Of a stretch of DNA of 64,000 nt, positions 36,204 through 46,300 are shown in pieces. The notes below the pieces were generated by a model. It was not told where the DNA came from, did not search any database, and saw only the letters and a list, made by a program, of their open reading frames with translations. The stretch spans positions 5,815 to 69,814 of the forward strand of contig JBIOJB010000001.1 in NCBI GenBank assembly GCA_044450465.1, read 5' to 3'. Each line of letters begins with the position of its first letter. Position 1 is the first letter of the stretch. The stretch is from Candidatus Dormibacterales bacterium (lineage in GTDB: Bacteria > Chloroflexota > Dormibacteria > Dormibacterales > Dormibacteraceae). Made by a program: the position numbers and the translations under genes.

Positions 36204-36914
36204 ATGAATCCTGTGGCGATCATCCCCTCGATCGCCGTTCTGCGCGGACGCTGCGTGCTCACGACGCCAGGCGATGAAACAGTCGACGCGTACGACGACG
36301 ATCCCGTCGAGCTCGCCGCCGAGTTTGCGGCGACGGGTGCCAAGCACCTTCATGTCGTCGACCTCGACTCAGTGCGCGGATCGGGAGACAGCTGCAAGGT
36401 GATCAAGGAGATCCGCAAGCGGGCGGACCTCAAGGTACTGGTGGCGGGCGAGGTACGAACCGAGAAGGCCGCTGCGGCCTACACCAGAGCCGGCGCCCAC
36501 GGTGTGGTCATCGGAAGCGCCGCCGCGCGCGACCCGGACCTGCTCCGGCGCTGCGCCCAGATGCATCCCGGTCAGATCGTGGCGACGGTTGATGTGCGCG
36601 AGAAGCCGGTGGAGATCGCGAGGTGGAGCGGGACGGAACCGGTGATGATCGGCGACCTGCTCGGCCGCTGGGCCGAGCTGCCGTTGGGCGGCGTCATCCT
36701 GAGCTGCGTCGACAGGGAGGGCGCGGGCTCAGGCCCCGACCTCGAGTCTCTGGCCATGGTCCGGCGCATGACCGCCCACTTTCTTCACTACTCGGGAGGC
36801 GTGGCCACCCGTGAGGACATCAGCCGGCTCAGCGCGGCGGGCGCGCAGGCGATCATCGTCGGACGCGCTCTTCACGAGGGCAAGCTGACCCTGGGGCAAG
36901 CCTTCGCGCGATGA
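36204..36914 (+). CDS. HisA/HisF-fold (beta-alpha)8 barrel protein, divergent HisA paralogue
   Basis: HisA-like throughout (HLHVVDLD, ATVDVRE, GGVATRED, IIVGRAL). The N-terminal catalytic Asp position reads IIPSIAV instead of IPAIDL. The GGG phosphate loop reads AGE. Confidence 0.7.
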   Translation: MNPVAIIPSIAVLRGRCVLTTPGDETVDAYDDDPVELAAEFAATGAKHLHVVDLDSVRGSGDSCKVIKEIRKRADLKVLVAGEVRTEKAAAAYTRAGAHGVVIGSAAARDPDLLRRCAQMHPGQIVATVDVREKPVEIARWSGTEPVMIGDLLGRWAELPLGGVILSCVDREGAGSGPDLESLAMVRRMTAHFLHYSGGVATREDISRLSAAGAQAIIVGRALHEGKLTLGQAFAR

Positions 36915-37303
36915 GATTCTTGGCGGCCGTCGCCACGCTGCTCCTCCTGGCGGCGTGCGGAGGCCGCGACAACCCCGATGACCAGGGGCTGCACCAGGAC
37001 ATCGCCAACAGCTCGAACGGAGTCGAGGTGACCTTCGACGCCACCCTGGTCAGCGAGCCGGTGGAGTCAGGCGGCCACGAACGTTTCGAGGTGACCGACC
37101 CGGCCGGCGACCGGCTCGAGATCGACCACAACACCAGTCTCGCGCCGTACGTGCCGATTCACCAGGGCGATCAGATAGTGGTCCACGGCCAGCTCTACAT
37201 AGACCCCGGGCCGGTTGCGGGCGTTCACTGCACTCACGCAGCCACCTCGAGCGGCTGCCCCGACCCGGGCTGGATCCAATACAACGGGACCTACTACGAA
37301 TGA
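36911..37303 (+). CDS. Lipoprotein, DUF3465-like
   Basis: Lipobox LLLAAC after a signal peptide. The pattern HERFEV...IDHNTSLAPYVP...VHCTH...GWIQYNGTYY resembles DUF3465 (from memory). ATGA overlap with the upstream gene. Confidence 0.6.
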   Translation: MRFLAAVATLLLLAACGGRDNPDDQGLHQDIANSSNGVEVTFDATLVSEPVESGGHERFEVTDPAGDRLEIDHNTSLAPYVPIHQGDQIVVHGQLYIDPGPVAGVHCTHAATSSGCPDPGWIQYNGTYYE

Positions 37304-37340
37304 GCGCCGCGGCCGGCCGCGGCAGCTGTCGGCTTCGCGG

Positions 37341-38033
37341 TCAGCGCCGACGCGCCGGGGGTTTGCGGGCGACGAGCCACGTCGTCGCCTGGGCCACCGG
37401 GCGGACGACGATCTCGTCGATATCGACATGGGGCGGCCTGGTCACCGCAAACACCACGCAATCCGCCACGTCTTCAGGGGTGAGCGGTTTCAGGCCCTGA
37501 TAGACGGCGCGCGCGGCTTTGTGATCGCCATGGAAGCGCACCAGGCTGAACTCGGTCTCAACGAGCCCAGGCGCGATCTCGGTGACCCGGATCGGTTCGC
37601 CGTTCAACTCCAGGCGAAGCGTGCGCGAGATGGCGCGCACGGCATGCTTGACCGCCGTGTAGCCGGCGCCCCCCTTATAGGTCTCGAACCCGGCAATGGA
37701 CCCGATGTTCACGATGTGGCCGTGTCGCGCTTTGCGGAGAAGCGGAAGGCAGGCCCGTGTCATCCGCATAAGGCCCATGACGTTGACCTGCCACATGCCG
37801 GCCCACTCTTCGTCGCGCGCCTCTGAGACGGGGTTCAATCCCAAAGCGCCCCCTGCGTTGTTGACAAGCACGTCGATTCGACCGAATCGCTGCCCGATCT
37901 CACGCACGAATTCGTCGACGCTGTCCTGATCTGTGACGTCGAGTGGCACCGCGACGCCGTCCTCGCCGGCCACGCGCCGGATCCTCTGGATTCGCCTCGC
38001 TCCGACGACGATCTGGTACCCACGGCGACCCAA
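37341..38033 (-). CDS. Short-chain dehydrogenase/reductase (true start probably upstream of 38033)
   Basis: NNAG and YxxxK (YTAVKHAV) motifs. The Rossmann motif VAVVTGASSGIGAATAVAL is encoded in the same open frame at 38034-38087, upstream of the first canonical start. Confidence 0.75.
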   Translation of the reverse strand: MGRRGYQIVVGARRIQRIRRVAGEDGVAVPLDVTDQDSVDEFVREIGQRFGRIDVLVNNAGGALGLNPVSEARDEEWAGMWQVNVMGLMRMTRACLPLLRKARHGHIVNIGSIAGFETYKGGAGYTAVKHAVRAISRTLRLELNGEPIRVTEIAPGLVETEFSLVRFHGDHKAARAVYQGLKPLTPEDVADCVVFAVTRPPHVDIDEIVVRPVAQATTWLVARKPPARRR

Positions 38034-38161
38034 CGCGACCGCCGTGGCCGCACCGATCCCAGAGGAAGCTCCCGTGACGACCGCTACCGGTGACGCCTTG
38101 CTCGAATCGACACCTCCGTCAGTGACAAATGGGGAGCCGTCAAAGCGTAACCTAGGAGGCC

Positions 38162-38623
38162 ATGCTCGATGCCGTGGTTGGGATCGTGGTCGGCATTCTC
38201 GTCGTGGCGGGGATTCTGGTCATGATCGGGCCTGACGTCTCAAAGCTGACGGGCCGCCTAAGCAGGTTCAAGGCTCGCCCGTCCCTCCCATCTCCGTTCC
38301 AGTCGCGCGGCGCCGGCCAAGCCCCCCCGTCGGGTCTGAACCCCAAGACCCAGCGAGTCCTGGTAGGCGCTGCTCGCCTGGCGACCTGGCTGCGCTCGAA
38401 CGGGCACGACGACCTGGCCCGAGAGCTGCGCGCCGGGGCGGCGCAGATGACTGCGAACGAGCCCGCCGGGCTTTATGCGCTGCAGGCCGCGGTGCGGAAG
38501 GTGCGCGCCGTCCAGCGATCGGAAGCGGGCGCCCAGGAACGGCTGCAGTCCCTGGCCGGCGAGCTCACCAAGGCGCTCCGCGACCGCTTCGAGCAGCTCG
38601 AGCTCCTGCCGTTCGGGCGCTAG
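38162..38623 (+). CDS. Hypothetical protein with N-terminal TM helix
   Basis: AGGAGG 4 nt upstream of the ATG. N-terminal VVGIVVGILVVAGILVMIG, then a helical Ala/Arg/Glu-rich domain. Confidence 0.5.
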   Translation: MLDAVVGIVVGILVVAGILVMIGPDVSKLTGRLSRFKARPSLPSPFQSRGAGQAPPSGLNPKTQRVLVGAARLATWLRSNGHDDLARELRAGAAQMTANEPAGLYALQAAVRKVRAVQRSEAGAQERLQSLAGELTKALRDRFEQLELLPFGR

Positions 38624-38639
38624 GACCCCCGCGCGGGGT

Positions 38640-39161
38640 CTAGACCCGCCGGCGGCTCCGCGGTTGCGGGTTGGTTTCGGCGGGCAGCTCCAACGGTGAC
38701 TGAGCGACCAGGCAGAACTCTGGCGGCGGTCCGAGGACCATCATCCGCTTCCACAACGTGACGCCCGGACCGGAGGTCCACGGCCGGAGCGACTCGTAGA
38801 ACGGCGAGTAGGCGAGGCCAGGAGGCTTGCTCAGGCCGACCTCCACCCCCGTTTCCAGGTCGAGCTCTCCTGAAATCAGCGCCATGAGCTTGCCGGACCC
38901 GTCGATGGCTGCTCGGGCCACGTCGTCGTGAGGACGCGACCTCGACCCGGTGATCGCCGCATCGTTTAGAGAATCGAGAGCGGCCGAGTCTTTGACCAGG
39001 TACCAGTCGCTGTAGCCGCCTGGGATCCGATAGCTGGTTGATGTGATGAACCCGGCCGGCTTGGTCTCCGCAAGGGCCGCGTGAAATCTCTTGAGCCCGG
39101 CTTCGTACGCGACGATGTCGGCGCCCCCTGCTGCGCGGTGCGAGAAGATATAGGCGAGCAC
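38640..39161 (-). CDS. Hypothetical protein
   Basis: 173-aa ORF with coding-like third-position GC. I recognise no motif. Confidence 0.45.
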   Translation of the reverse strand: MLAYIFSHRAAGGADIVAYEAGLKRFHAALAETKPAGFITSTSYRIPGGYSDWYLVKDSAALDSLNDAAITGSRSRPHDDVARAAIDGSGKLMALISGELDLETGVEVGLSKPPGLAYSPFYESLRPWTSGPGVTLWKRMMVLGPPPEFCLVAQSPLELPAETNPQPRSRRRV

Positions 39162-39165
39162 TCGG

Positions 39166-39636
39166 CTAGAGGGTCTTCGACGGCTTTGGGCCCTTGCCAG
39201 CCTCGACGTACACCTTCAAGGCCGCCATGTTCTGGCGGATCCCCTCCGCGTACTGGCGAGCCAGCAGCGCGCCGGCGAGGCGCAGCAGGCCGCCGAGCTC
39301 GTAGTCCATCTCGTAAACCAGGTGCGTGGTGCCGTCCTTGTGCTCCGTGTACGTGTATGACCACGTGCCTTTCAAGGGGCCGCGGATGAATTTGCCCCCG
39401 CAGCGTCGAGGCTTGACGTAGTCCGTCTGCTCGACCTCGAGCGTCTCCTTGAATCCACCGGGCAGGTCCAGGTGATACCTGTACTGAGTTCCCTTTCCCG
39501 GCGAACCTGGATTCACCTGCTCGACCTTCGCCAGGTTTGAGGACCATCGGGGAGCGTTCTTCGCGTCCTCCTGAACGACCGCCCAGACCCGCGCCGGCGG
39601 CGCTTCGATGTTCACCGTCTCGCGGATTCTGGTCAC
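39166..39636 (-). CDS. SRPBCC (START/polyketide-cyclase-like) family protein
   Basis: The pattern IRETVNIEAPPARVWAVVQEDAKNAPRW... is typical of SRPBCC. I prefer GTG 39636, which avoids overlap with the divergent MFS gene. Confidence 0.65.
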   Translation of the reverse strand: MTRIRETVNIEAPPARVWAVVQEDAKNAPRWSSNLAKVEQVNPGSPGKGTQYRYHLDLPGGFKETLEVEQTDYVKPRRCGGKFIRGPLKGTWSYTYTEHKDGTTHLVYEMDYELGGLLRLAGALLARQYAEGIRQNMAALKVYVEAGKGPKPSKTL

Positions 39637-39654
39637 CCTGCCATCATCCCATCG

Positions 39655-40926
39655 ATGGCGAGTCGCGATCCGGCGGCCGGGCGCGCGCTCGGCGCGCTTC
39701 GCCACCGGAACTTCCGGCTGTTCCTCACCGGTCAGATCATCTCAACGGTCGGGACATGGATGCAGAGCGTGGCCATGCCGTGGCTCGCGCTGCAGCTAAC
39801 GCACAGCGGACTCCTGGTAGGCCTGGTTCTGGCGGCTCAGTTCACGCCCGTGCTGCTGGGCAGCCAGATCGGGGGCGTCGTGGCGGACCGCTATCGCAAG
39901 CGGAACGTCCTGCTCGTCACGCAGACCTGCTTTGTCCTGCCGTCGTTCGCACTGTTCGCGTTGAGCGCGACCGGCAACGTCCAGTACTGGATGGTCATCA
40001 TCGCGGCGGCGGCCACCGGCACGATCAACCTTTTTGACGTGCCGGCTCGTCAGTCGTTCGTCATCGAGATGGTCGGCCGGCAGGACCTGATGAACGCGAT
40101 CGCGCTCAACTCCACGGTCTTCAACGGCGCGGCGATCGTTGGCCCCGCCGTCGCAGGGGTCCTCATTGGAGCGATTGGTGTGCCGGTCTGCTTTCTTGCC
40201 AATTCGGTCAGCTATCTGGCCGCGGTCACCGCGCTGATGATGATGCGCGGGCTGCCTCCCGTCACGCCGCAACCCCAGGAACAGCCATGGCGTAAGAGAG
40301 TCGCCGAGGGAGCTTCATACGCGCGACGAGAACCGGTGGTCGGGCTGTTGCTGTTCACGGTGGCTGTCTTCTCGCTCTTCGCGATGAACCGCCTCACGCT
40401 GATCCCGCTCTTCGCGGATCAGGTGCTTCACGTGGGCGCCTCGGGGTTCGGATTCCTTCTCGGCTCGATGGGTCTCGGCGCGCTGACCGGGGCGCTCACC
40501 CTCGCGTTCTTCCCGCACCTTGGGACGCAGCCGCGCCGCCAGCTCTGGATGGCGATGATCTGGGTGGCCGCGCTGCTCGAGTTCTCCTACTCGACGGTTT
40601 TCGCGCTGTCCCTGGCGGCCCTCTTCGTCGCGGGTTACTGCCAGATCTCGTTCGTCGCTGCGGCCAACACGCGAATCCAGACCATCACGCCCGATAACCT
40701 GCGGGGGCGCGTGATGGCCCTCTATGCCCAGGCCCTGATCGGGGTGGGCCCCATCGGCAGCACCCAGGCCGGCGCGCTGGCCACGCTGTTCGGTGCGCCC
40801 TGGGCCATGGCCATCGGGGCCGCCACCGCCGGGGCCGTCGTGCTCGCGATCCGTTTCCGGCGTCCAGAGGTGTTCGGGTTCAAAGCGCGGGCGTCGAGCG
40901 AAACCGGGGCGCGAGCTCGCAGCTAG
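39655..40926 (+). CDS. MFS transporter (EntS/MFS_3-like)
   Basis: About 12 hydrophobic segments. N-terminal RNFRLFLTGQIISTVGTWMQSVAMPWL is typical of this MFS subfamily. Confidence 0.8.
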   Translation: MASRDPAAGRALGALRHRNFRLFLTGQIISTVGTWMQSVAMPWLALQLTHSGLLVGLVLAAQFTPVLLGSQIGGVVADRYRKRNVLLVTQTCFVLPSFALFALSATGNVQYWMVIIAAAATGTINLFDVPARQSFVIEMVGRQDLMNAIALNSTVFNGAAIVGPAVAGVLIGAIGVPVCFLANSVSYLAAVTALMMMRGLPPVTPQPQEQPWRKRVAEGASYARREPVVGLLLFTVAVFSLFAMNRLTLIPLFADQVLHVGASGFGFLLGSMGLGALTGALTLAFFPHLGTQPRRQLWMAMIWVAALLEFSYSTVFALSLAALFVAGYCQISFVAAANTRIQTITPDNLRGRVMALYAQALIGVGPIGSTQAGALATLFGAPWAMAIGAATAGAVVLAIRFRRPEVFGFKARASSETGARARS

Positions 40927-40959
40927 CCGGTGCGGGCCGGCGCCTCGTGGACAAGCGGC

Positions 40960-41646
40960 CTAGGGCGATGGGGTCCAGAACCGAGGCTTGAGGCCGGGGT
41001 CGAGTCGCTTGACGGCTCCCCGGCCCCAGATTCCCATCAAGACGGTCGCGAGGATGAACGCGGCCGCGCCCGCCAGCAGCACGGCGTACAGCGGCGCTGA
41101 CAGGGCAACCCCGACCAGGCCTCCGATCGCGCCGGCGACGGCCGCCACGATCACGGAGAGCATGCCCGGCAACGTCTGGAACCCATGACGCACCGAACCC
41201 AGCCGCTGCGCTCCGGTGATGTCTTTCCCGAGAGTCTTGAGGGCGCCGGGCAGGTCGTCATAGGTGCTCGTGACGAAGTGAGACTCGAGCTCGGGGTGTA
41301 GCTCGATGTAGGCGTGCCGGAGCCGATTCATGCCGATCACCCAGCGGTAGTCGTCTCTGTTGAGCGCCTGAAGGCGCGCGACCGTGGCCACGCCAACGAA
41401 CAGGACCACGGTCAGCATGAAGATGGCAACCGTGATGAAGGTCATGCCGAACCGGTCGGCCTGAGCGACCAGCGCCAGGGCGATCACCGCGCCGGATAGG
41501 ACGCCGAGAAACATGTTCACTCGCCCCAGCGATTCGGTGTAGGTCAGCGAGCGAGTGGCGAGTAGGCTCCAGTGTTCCGTGGCCAGGATCTGTACCTTGG
41601 AGCTCGGTGCACCGTCACGGCCGGTGGGCGGCATCTCGGTCGACAA
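40960..41646 (-). CDS. Hypothetical membrane protein
   Basis: 228 aa with about four hydrophobic helices. Coding-like composition. No recognised motif. Confidence 0.5.
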   Translation of the reverse strand: MSTEMPPTGRDGAPSSKVQILATEHWSLLATRSLTYTESLGRVNMFLGVLSGAVIALALVAQADRFGMTFITVAIFMLTVVLFVGVATVARLQALNRDDYRWVIGMNRLRHAYIELHPELESHFVTSTYDDLPGALKTLGKDITGAQRLGSVRHGFQTLPGMLSVIVAAVAGAIGGLVGVALSAPLYAVLLAGAAAFILATVLMGIWGRGAVKRLDPGLKPRFWTPSP

Positions 41647-41655
41647 TGCGTGCTC

Positions 41656-42570
41656 CTAATCCTGTGGCAAGTAGCGGGGCAGATCTAAAATCGAGGCCAG
41701 CCCCCTGCGCTCGAGAAACGCGGCCAGGCCGTTCTGCACGTCGGCGATGGCTCGCGGGTTGACGAATGTGGCGGTTCCGACCTGCACTGCGGTGCAGCCC
41801 GCGATCAGGAACTCGAGCGCGTCCTCGGCGGTCGCGATCCCCCCGATCCCGATCACCGGTATTCGCACGCTCCGGGCCGCCTGGTGTGCCAGATGGACGG
41901 CGAGCGGCCTGATGGCGGGACCCGAGAGACCACCCGTTTTGAAGCTCAACCGCGGCCGGTAGCGGTTGAGGTCAATGGACATGCCGACGAAGGTGTTCAC
42001 CGCGCTCAGCGCGTCAGCGCCCGCGGCTTCGACCGCGCGGGCGATGACGGCGATGTCGCCGACCATCGGAGTGAGCTTCACCCAAACCGGCAGTCTCGTT
42101 CGAGCTCGCACCGCATCGGTGACGGCAGCGGCGGCGCTGGGATCGCTGCCGAAGTAGAGCCCGCCCTGCTCTACGTTCGGGCAAGAGATGTTGATCTCGA
42201 AGCCCGCCACACCTGGTACGCCATCCAGCTGCGCGGCGAGCTCGCCGTACTCGGCCGCCGACTCCCCGTTGATGTTGACAAGCACGGGGAAATCCCAGCC
42301 CGCCCATTTCGGCGCGTAATCGCGGATCACCGCGTCGACGCCCGGACCCTGCAGCCCGATCGCGTTGAGCATTCCGCTCGGCGTCTCTACGATCCGCGGC
42401 GGCGCCGTCCCTCGCCGGGGCGCGAGAAAGATGCCCTTCGACACCATTGCGCCAAGCGCGGTTCGCTCCAGAAGAGGCACCTCGGTGCCGTACCCGAAAG
42501 TGCCCGACGCAGCCACCACCGGACCGCGAAGACTGAGCCGGCCGATCGTGACCGAGAGGTCGGCGTTCAA
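41656..42570 (-). CDS. pyrD: Dihydroorotate dehydrogenase, class 1B catalytic subunit
   Basis: Start re-set to TTG 42570 (overlaps the pyrK TGA as TTGA). LRGPVVAASGTFGYG and NISCPNV motifs. The ORF-track 404-aa version is an extension. Confidence 0.9.
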   Translation of the reverse strand: MNADLSVTIGRLSLRGPVVAASGTFGYGTEVPLLERTALGAMVSKGIFLAPRRGTAPPRIVETPSGMLNAIGLQGPGVDAVIRDYAPKWAGWDFPVLVNINGESAAEYGELAAQLDGVPGVAGFEINISCPNVEQGGLYFGSDPSAAAAVTDAVRARTRLPVWVKLTPMVGDIAVIARAVEAAGADALSAVNTFVGMSIDLNRYRPRLSFKTGGLSGPAIRPLAVHLAHQAARSVRIPVIGIGGIATAEDALEFLIAGCTAVQVGTATFVNPRAIADVQNGLAAFLERRGLASILDLPRYLPQD

Positions 42571-43325
42571 CCCGACACCGCGTAAGCCAGGTTCGATGGG
42601 AGTGCGGTCCAATCGATTTCGCGGGCGTGAAACACTGGCCCTTCGGTGCAGGCGCGGTCGTATCCGCCGCGCGACATGGGGACGGCGCAGCCGAGACAGA
42701 CACCTGTGCCGCAGCCCATGTACGTCTCCACGGCGACCAGCGCCTCGGGCCATCTCTCGCTCACAGCGGACAGCATCCGGTTGGGACCGCAGGCGAGAAC
42801 AACGTCGGCATCCGGTGAGGCGGCCACCGCCGTGCCGTGGAAACCTCGCGAGCCGTCGTCGGTCGCCCAAATCACCTCATCGCCGGCCCACTCCGAGCAG
42901 AGGTCGGGTGCGGACCGAGCGCCGTGCACCCACGTCACGCGCATGCCCAGGGCGGCCGCCTCTTTCGCAGCCAGCGGCATCGGTGCGACGCCGACTCCAC
43001 CGCTGACCAGGGCTACCGTCCGCGGCCCCGACTCCAGGTTGAAGCCCCGGCCGAGCGGCCCGAGGCAGCTCACCACCTCGCCGCTGCTCATCGCCAGCAG
43101 CTGTGCGGTCCCGACCCCCGACGATTTCAGGACGATTTCGATTCGGTCGCCATCGGTTCGGTATACGGAGAATGGGCGGCGCAGCAGAGGGCCGGGAGAC
43201 CATCCGAGGTTGACGAACTGGCCCGCGCGCACCGAGCTCGCGATCTGGGGCGCCTGAAACGCGATGGCGAACATGCCGTTCCCAACCGAGCGCCGGCCGA
43301 CGATCGGCGTGTCAAGCAGGAACAC
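42567..43325 (-). CDS. pyrK: Dihydroorotate dehydrogenase electron-transfer subunit
   Basis: FAD/NAD-binding fold plus C-terminal [11 protein letters not shown] 2Fe-2S cysteine cluster. I prefer the GTG start at 43325. Confidence 0.85.
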   Translation of the reverse strand: MFLLDTPIVGRRSVGNGMFAIAFQAPQIASSVRAGQFVNLGWSPGPLLRRPFSVYRTDGDRIEIVLKSSGVGTAQLLAMSSGEVVSCLGPLGRGFNLESGPRTVALVSGGVGVAPMPLAAKEAAALGMRVTWVHGARSAPDLCSEWAGDEVIWATDDGSRGFHGTAVAASPDADVVLACGPNRMLSAVSERWPEALVAVETYMGCGTGVCLGCAVPMSRGGYDRACTEGPVFHAREIDWTALPSNLAYAVSG

Positions 43326-46300
43326 CGTTTCTCCATTCGCCGATGGTGCGAACCTCGAGCTCCCGCGGCGCGGCGACCGCCGCCTCAAGCAGGGCGGACG
43401 CAGTATCGAGCGAGGTCAAGCACGCAATCCGGCGCTCGACCGCGGCGCGCCGGATCTCGAAACCGTCCTTGAAGACAGGGCCTCCCGCTTCTGGCTCGCT
43501 GTAGATGTTCGACATGGTGTTGATGACGAGGTCGACCTGGCCCCGCGTGATGACGTCGAGCACGGTCGGGCCCTCCTCGCCGATCTTGGCCACCACCTGC
43601 GGCGAGAACCCCGCCTGGCGAAGCGCCGCCGCGGTGCCCTCGGTGGCGATCAGCCGGTAGCCGAGCTCGACCATGCGAGAGACGATGGGAAAGATCTCAG
43701 GCTTGTCTGCGTCCGCGATGGTCAGCAGGGCGGCCCCGCCTCGCTCGACGCGCACGCCAGAGGCGGCGAACGCCTTGCCCAGCGCTTCGTTCAGCGTGCG
43801 ACCGATGCCGATGGCCTCTCCGGTCGACTTCATCTCCGGGCCGAGGTAGGAATCCACCGCCGGCAGCTTGTTCATGGAGAACACCGGCGCCTTGACCGCC
43901 ACGAGATCTCGCGGCCGGACCAATCCGGTCTTCCAGCCGATCGACTCCAGCTTCTCGCCCAGCATGACAAGGGTGGCGAGCTTCACCATCGGCACGCCTG
44001 TGACCTTGGAGAGGAATGGGACGGTGCGAGAGGCTCGCGGATTGACCTCGAGCACGTACACGTTGCCTCGGTGAACGACGTATTGAACGTTGACCAGACC
44101 CCGAAGGCGAAGATGTCGCGCGATCCTGATCGTGTAGTCGACGATCCGATCGATCTCCGAGCGTTCGAGACTCTGGGCGGGGTACACCGCATACGAATCG
44201 CCGGAGTGAACGCCCGCCCTTTCGACATGCTGCATGACGCCCGGGATGACCACCGACTCGCCGTCAGAGATCGCATCCACCTCGACCTCGATGCCCTGTA
44301 GGTACTTGTCCACCAATACCGTGCCGCGTGGCATGGCGCCGATCGCCCAGACCATGTAGCGGCGAAGCTCGTCGCGATTGCGCACGATCTCCATCGCCCG
44401 GCCGCCGAGCACATACGAAGGCCTCACGAGCACCGGGTAGCCGACCCGATCCGCGATGGCCACCGCCTCCTCGACCGTCGTCGTGGTGCCGCCCATCGGT
44501 TGAGGAATTCCGATGGCGTCCAGCGCCCGAGCGAACTCGCGGCGGTCCTCCGCCAGGTCGATCGCCTCGACGCTGGAACCCAGGATCGCGACTCCATGCT
44601 CGAAAAGCGGCTCGGCCAGGTTGATCGCGGTCTGGCCGCCGAACTGCACGAGCGCGCCGTCTGCATGCTCCACCGTGGCGACGCCGAGCACGCCATCGAG
44701 ATCGAGCGGGTCGAAGTAGAGCCGGTCGGACGTGTCGAAGTCGGTCGACACGGTCTCCGGGTTCGAGTTGACGAGCACGGCTCGCACCCCTGCCTCGCGC
44801 AGCGCCCACGCGCCGTGAACGGAGCAGTAGTCGAACTCGATGCCCTGTCCAATGCGGATGGGCCCGGACCCGACGACGAGAGCTGTGCGGCCCTCGACCG
44901 CTTCGCTCTCCGACTCGTCCTCCCAGCAGGAGTAGTAGTAAGGCGTGGCGGCCTCGAACTCGGCGGCGCAGGTGTCGACAAGCTTGTAGGTGGGAGTGGC
45001 CGCCTGCACCGTCTCACCGCGCAAGGCTGTGATCATGCTGTCCGAGAACCCGGCGCGGCGCAGCTCTCGCGCGCTGCCCTCGCTTTCGAGCCTGACGATC
45101 TCCGCCATGCGATCGATGAACCATCGATCGATGCCGCTGCGTGTCGCGAGCGATTCGACGTCTGCTCCCCGCCTGAGAGCGTTGAGGAGCGCGAACAGCC
45201 GACGGTCGTTCGGCTGATCGATGTTCTCCTCCGAGAGATCTTCAATCTGCGGCGGAGCCTGTTCCAGCGAGCGCACGGCTTTCATCAGCGCGGCCTCGAA
45301 GGTGCGTTCGATCGCCATCACCTCCCCCGTGGAGGCCATCTGCGTGCCGAGCCGCCGGTCCGCGGTCGGGAACTTGTCGTACGGCCAGCGCGGGATCTTC
45401 ACGACGCAGTAATCCAGGGCCGGCTCGAAGGCGGCAAAGGTCCGGCCGGTGATCTCGTTGCGGATCTCGTCGAGCCTCCGGCCGGCGGCCACCTTGGCGG
45501 CCACGCGCGCGATCGGATAACCCGTCGCCTTGGAGGCGAGCGCGGAGGAACGGCTCACGCGAGGATTGACCTCGATCACGAAGTACGTCGAGCTCTTGGG
45601 ATCAAGCGCGAACTGGACGTTGCATCCGCCTTCGATTCCGAGGGCACGGATGATGCGGATGGCGGAGGAGCGGAGCATCTGGTGATCGCGATCGGAGAGC
45701 GTCTGCGCCGGGGCGACCACGATCGAGTCACCCGTGTGGACTCCCATCGGGTCGAGGTTTTCCATGTTGCAGACGGTGATGCACGTGTCGGCGCCGTCCC
45801 GCATGACCTCGTACTCGATCTCCTTCCATCCCCACAGCGAGCGCTCCACCAGCACCTGATGGATGGGCGACGCGTCGAGTCCGCGTTGAGCGATCAGAGC
45901 GAGCTCTGAATCCGTGGTCACGAACCCGCCGCCGGTGCCGCCGAGGGTGTAAGCGGGCCTGATGACGAGGGGCAGGCCGTTGCCATCGGCAAACTCCCGC
46001 ACCTCGTCGAGTGACTCGCATACGCGCGAGATCGGAACCGGCTCTCCGATCGCCTCCAGCATCTCCTTGAAGGCCTGGCGGTCCTCCGCCTTCCGGATGG
46101 TCTCGATTCCAGCCCCGAGCGCCCGCACGCCATAGCGAGCCAGCACTCCCGCCCGGGACAGCTCTGTAGCCAGGTTGAGCGCGGTCTGGCCGCCAAGCGT
46201 CGGGAGCACAGCGTCCGGCCGCTCGCGGGCGATCACGCGCTCCACCGACTCGACCGTGAGAGGCTCGAGGTACACCCTGTCGGCCACGTCCTCGTCCGTC

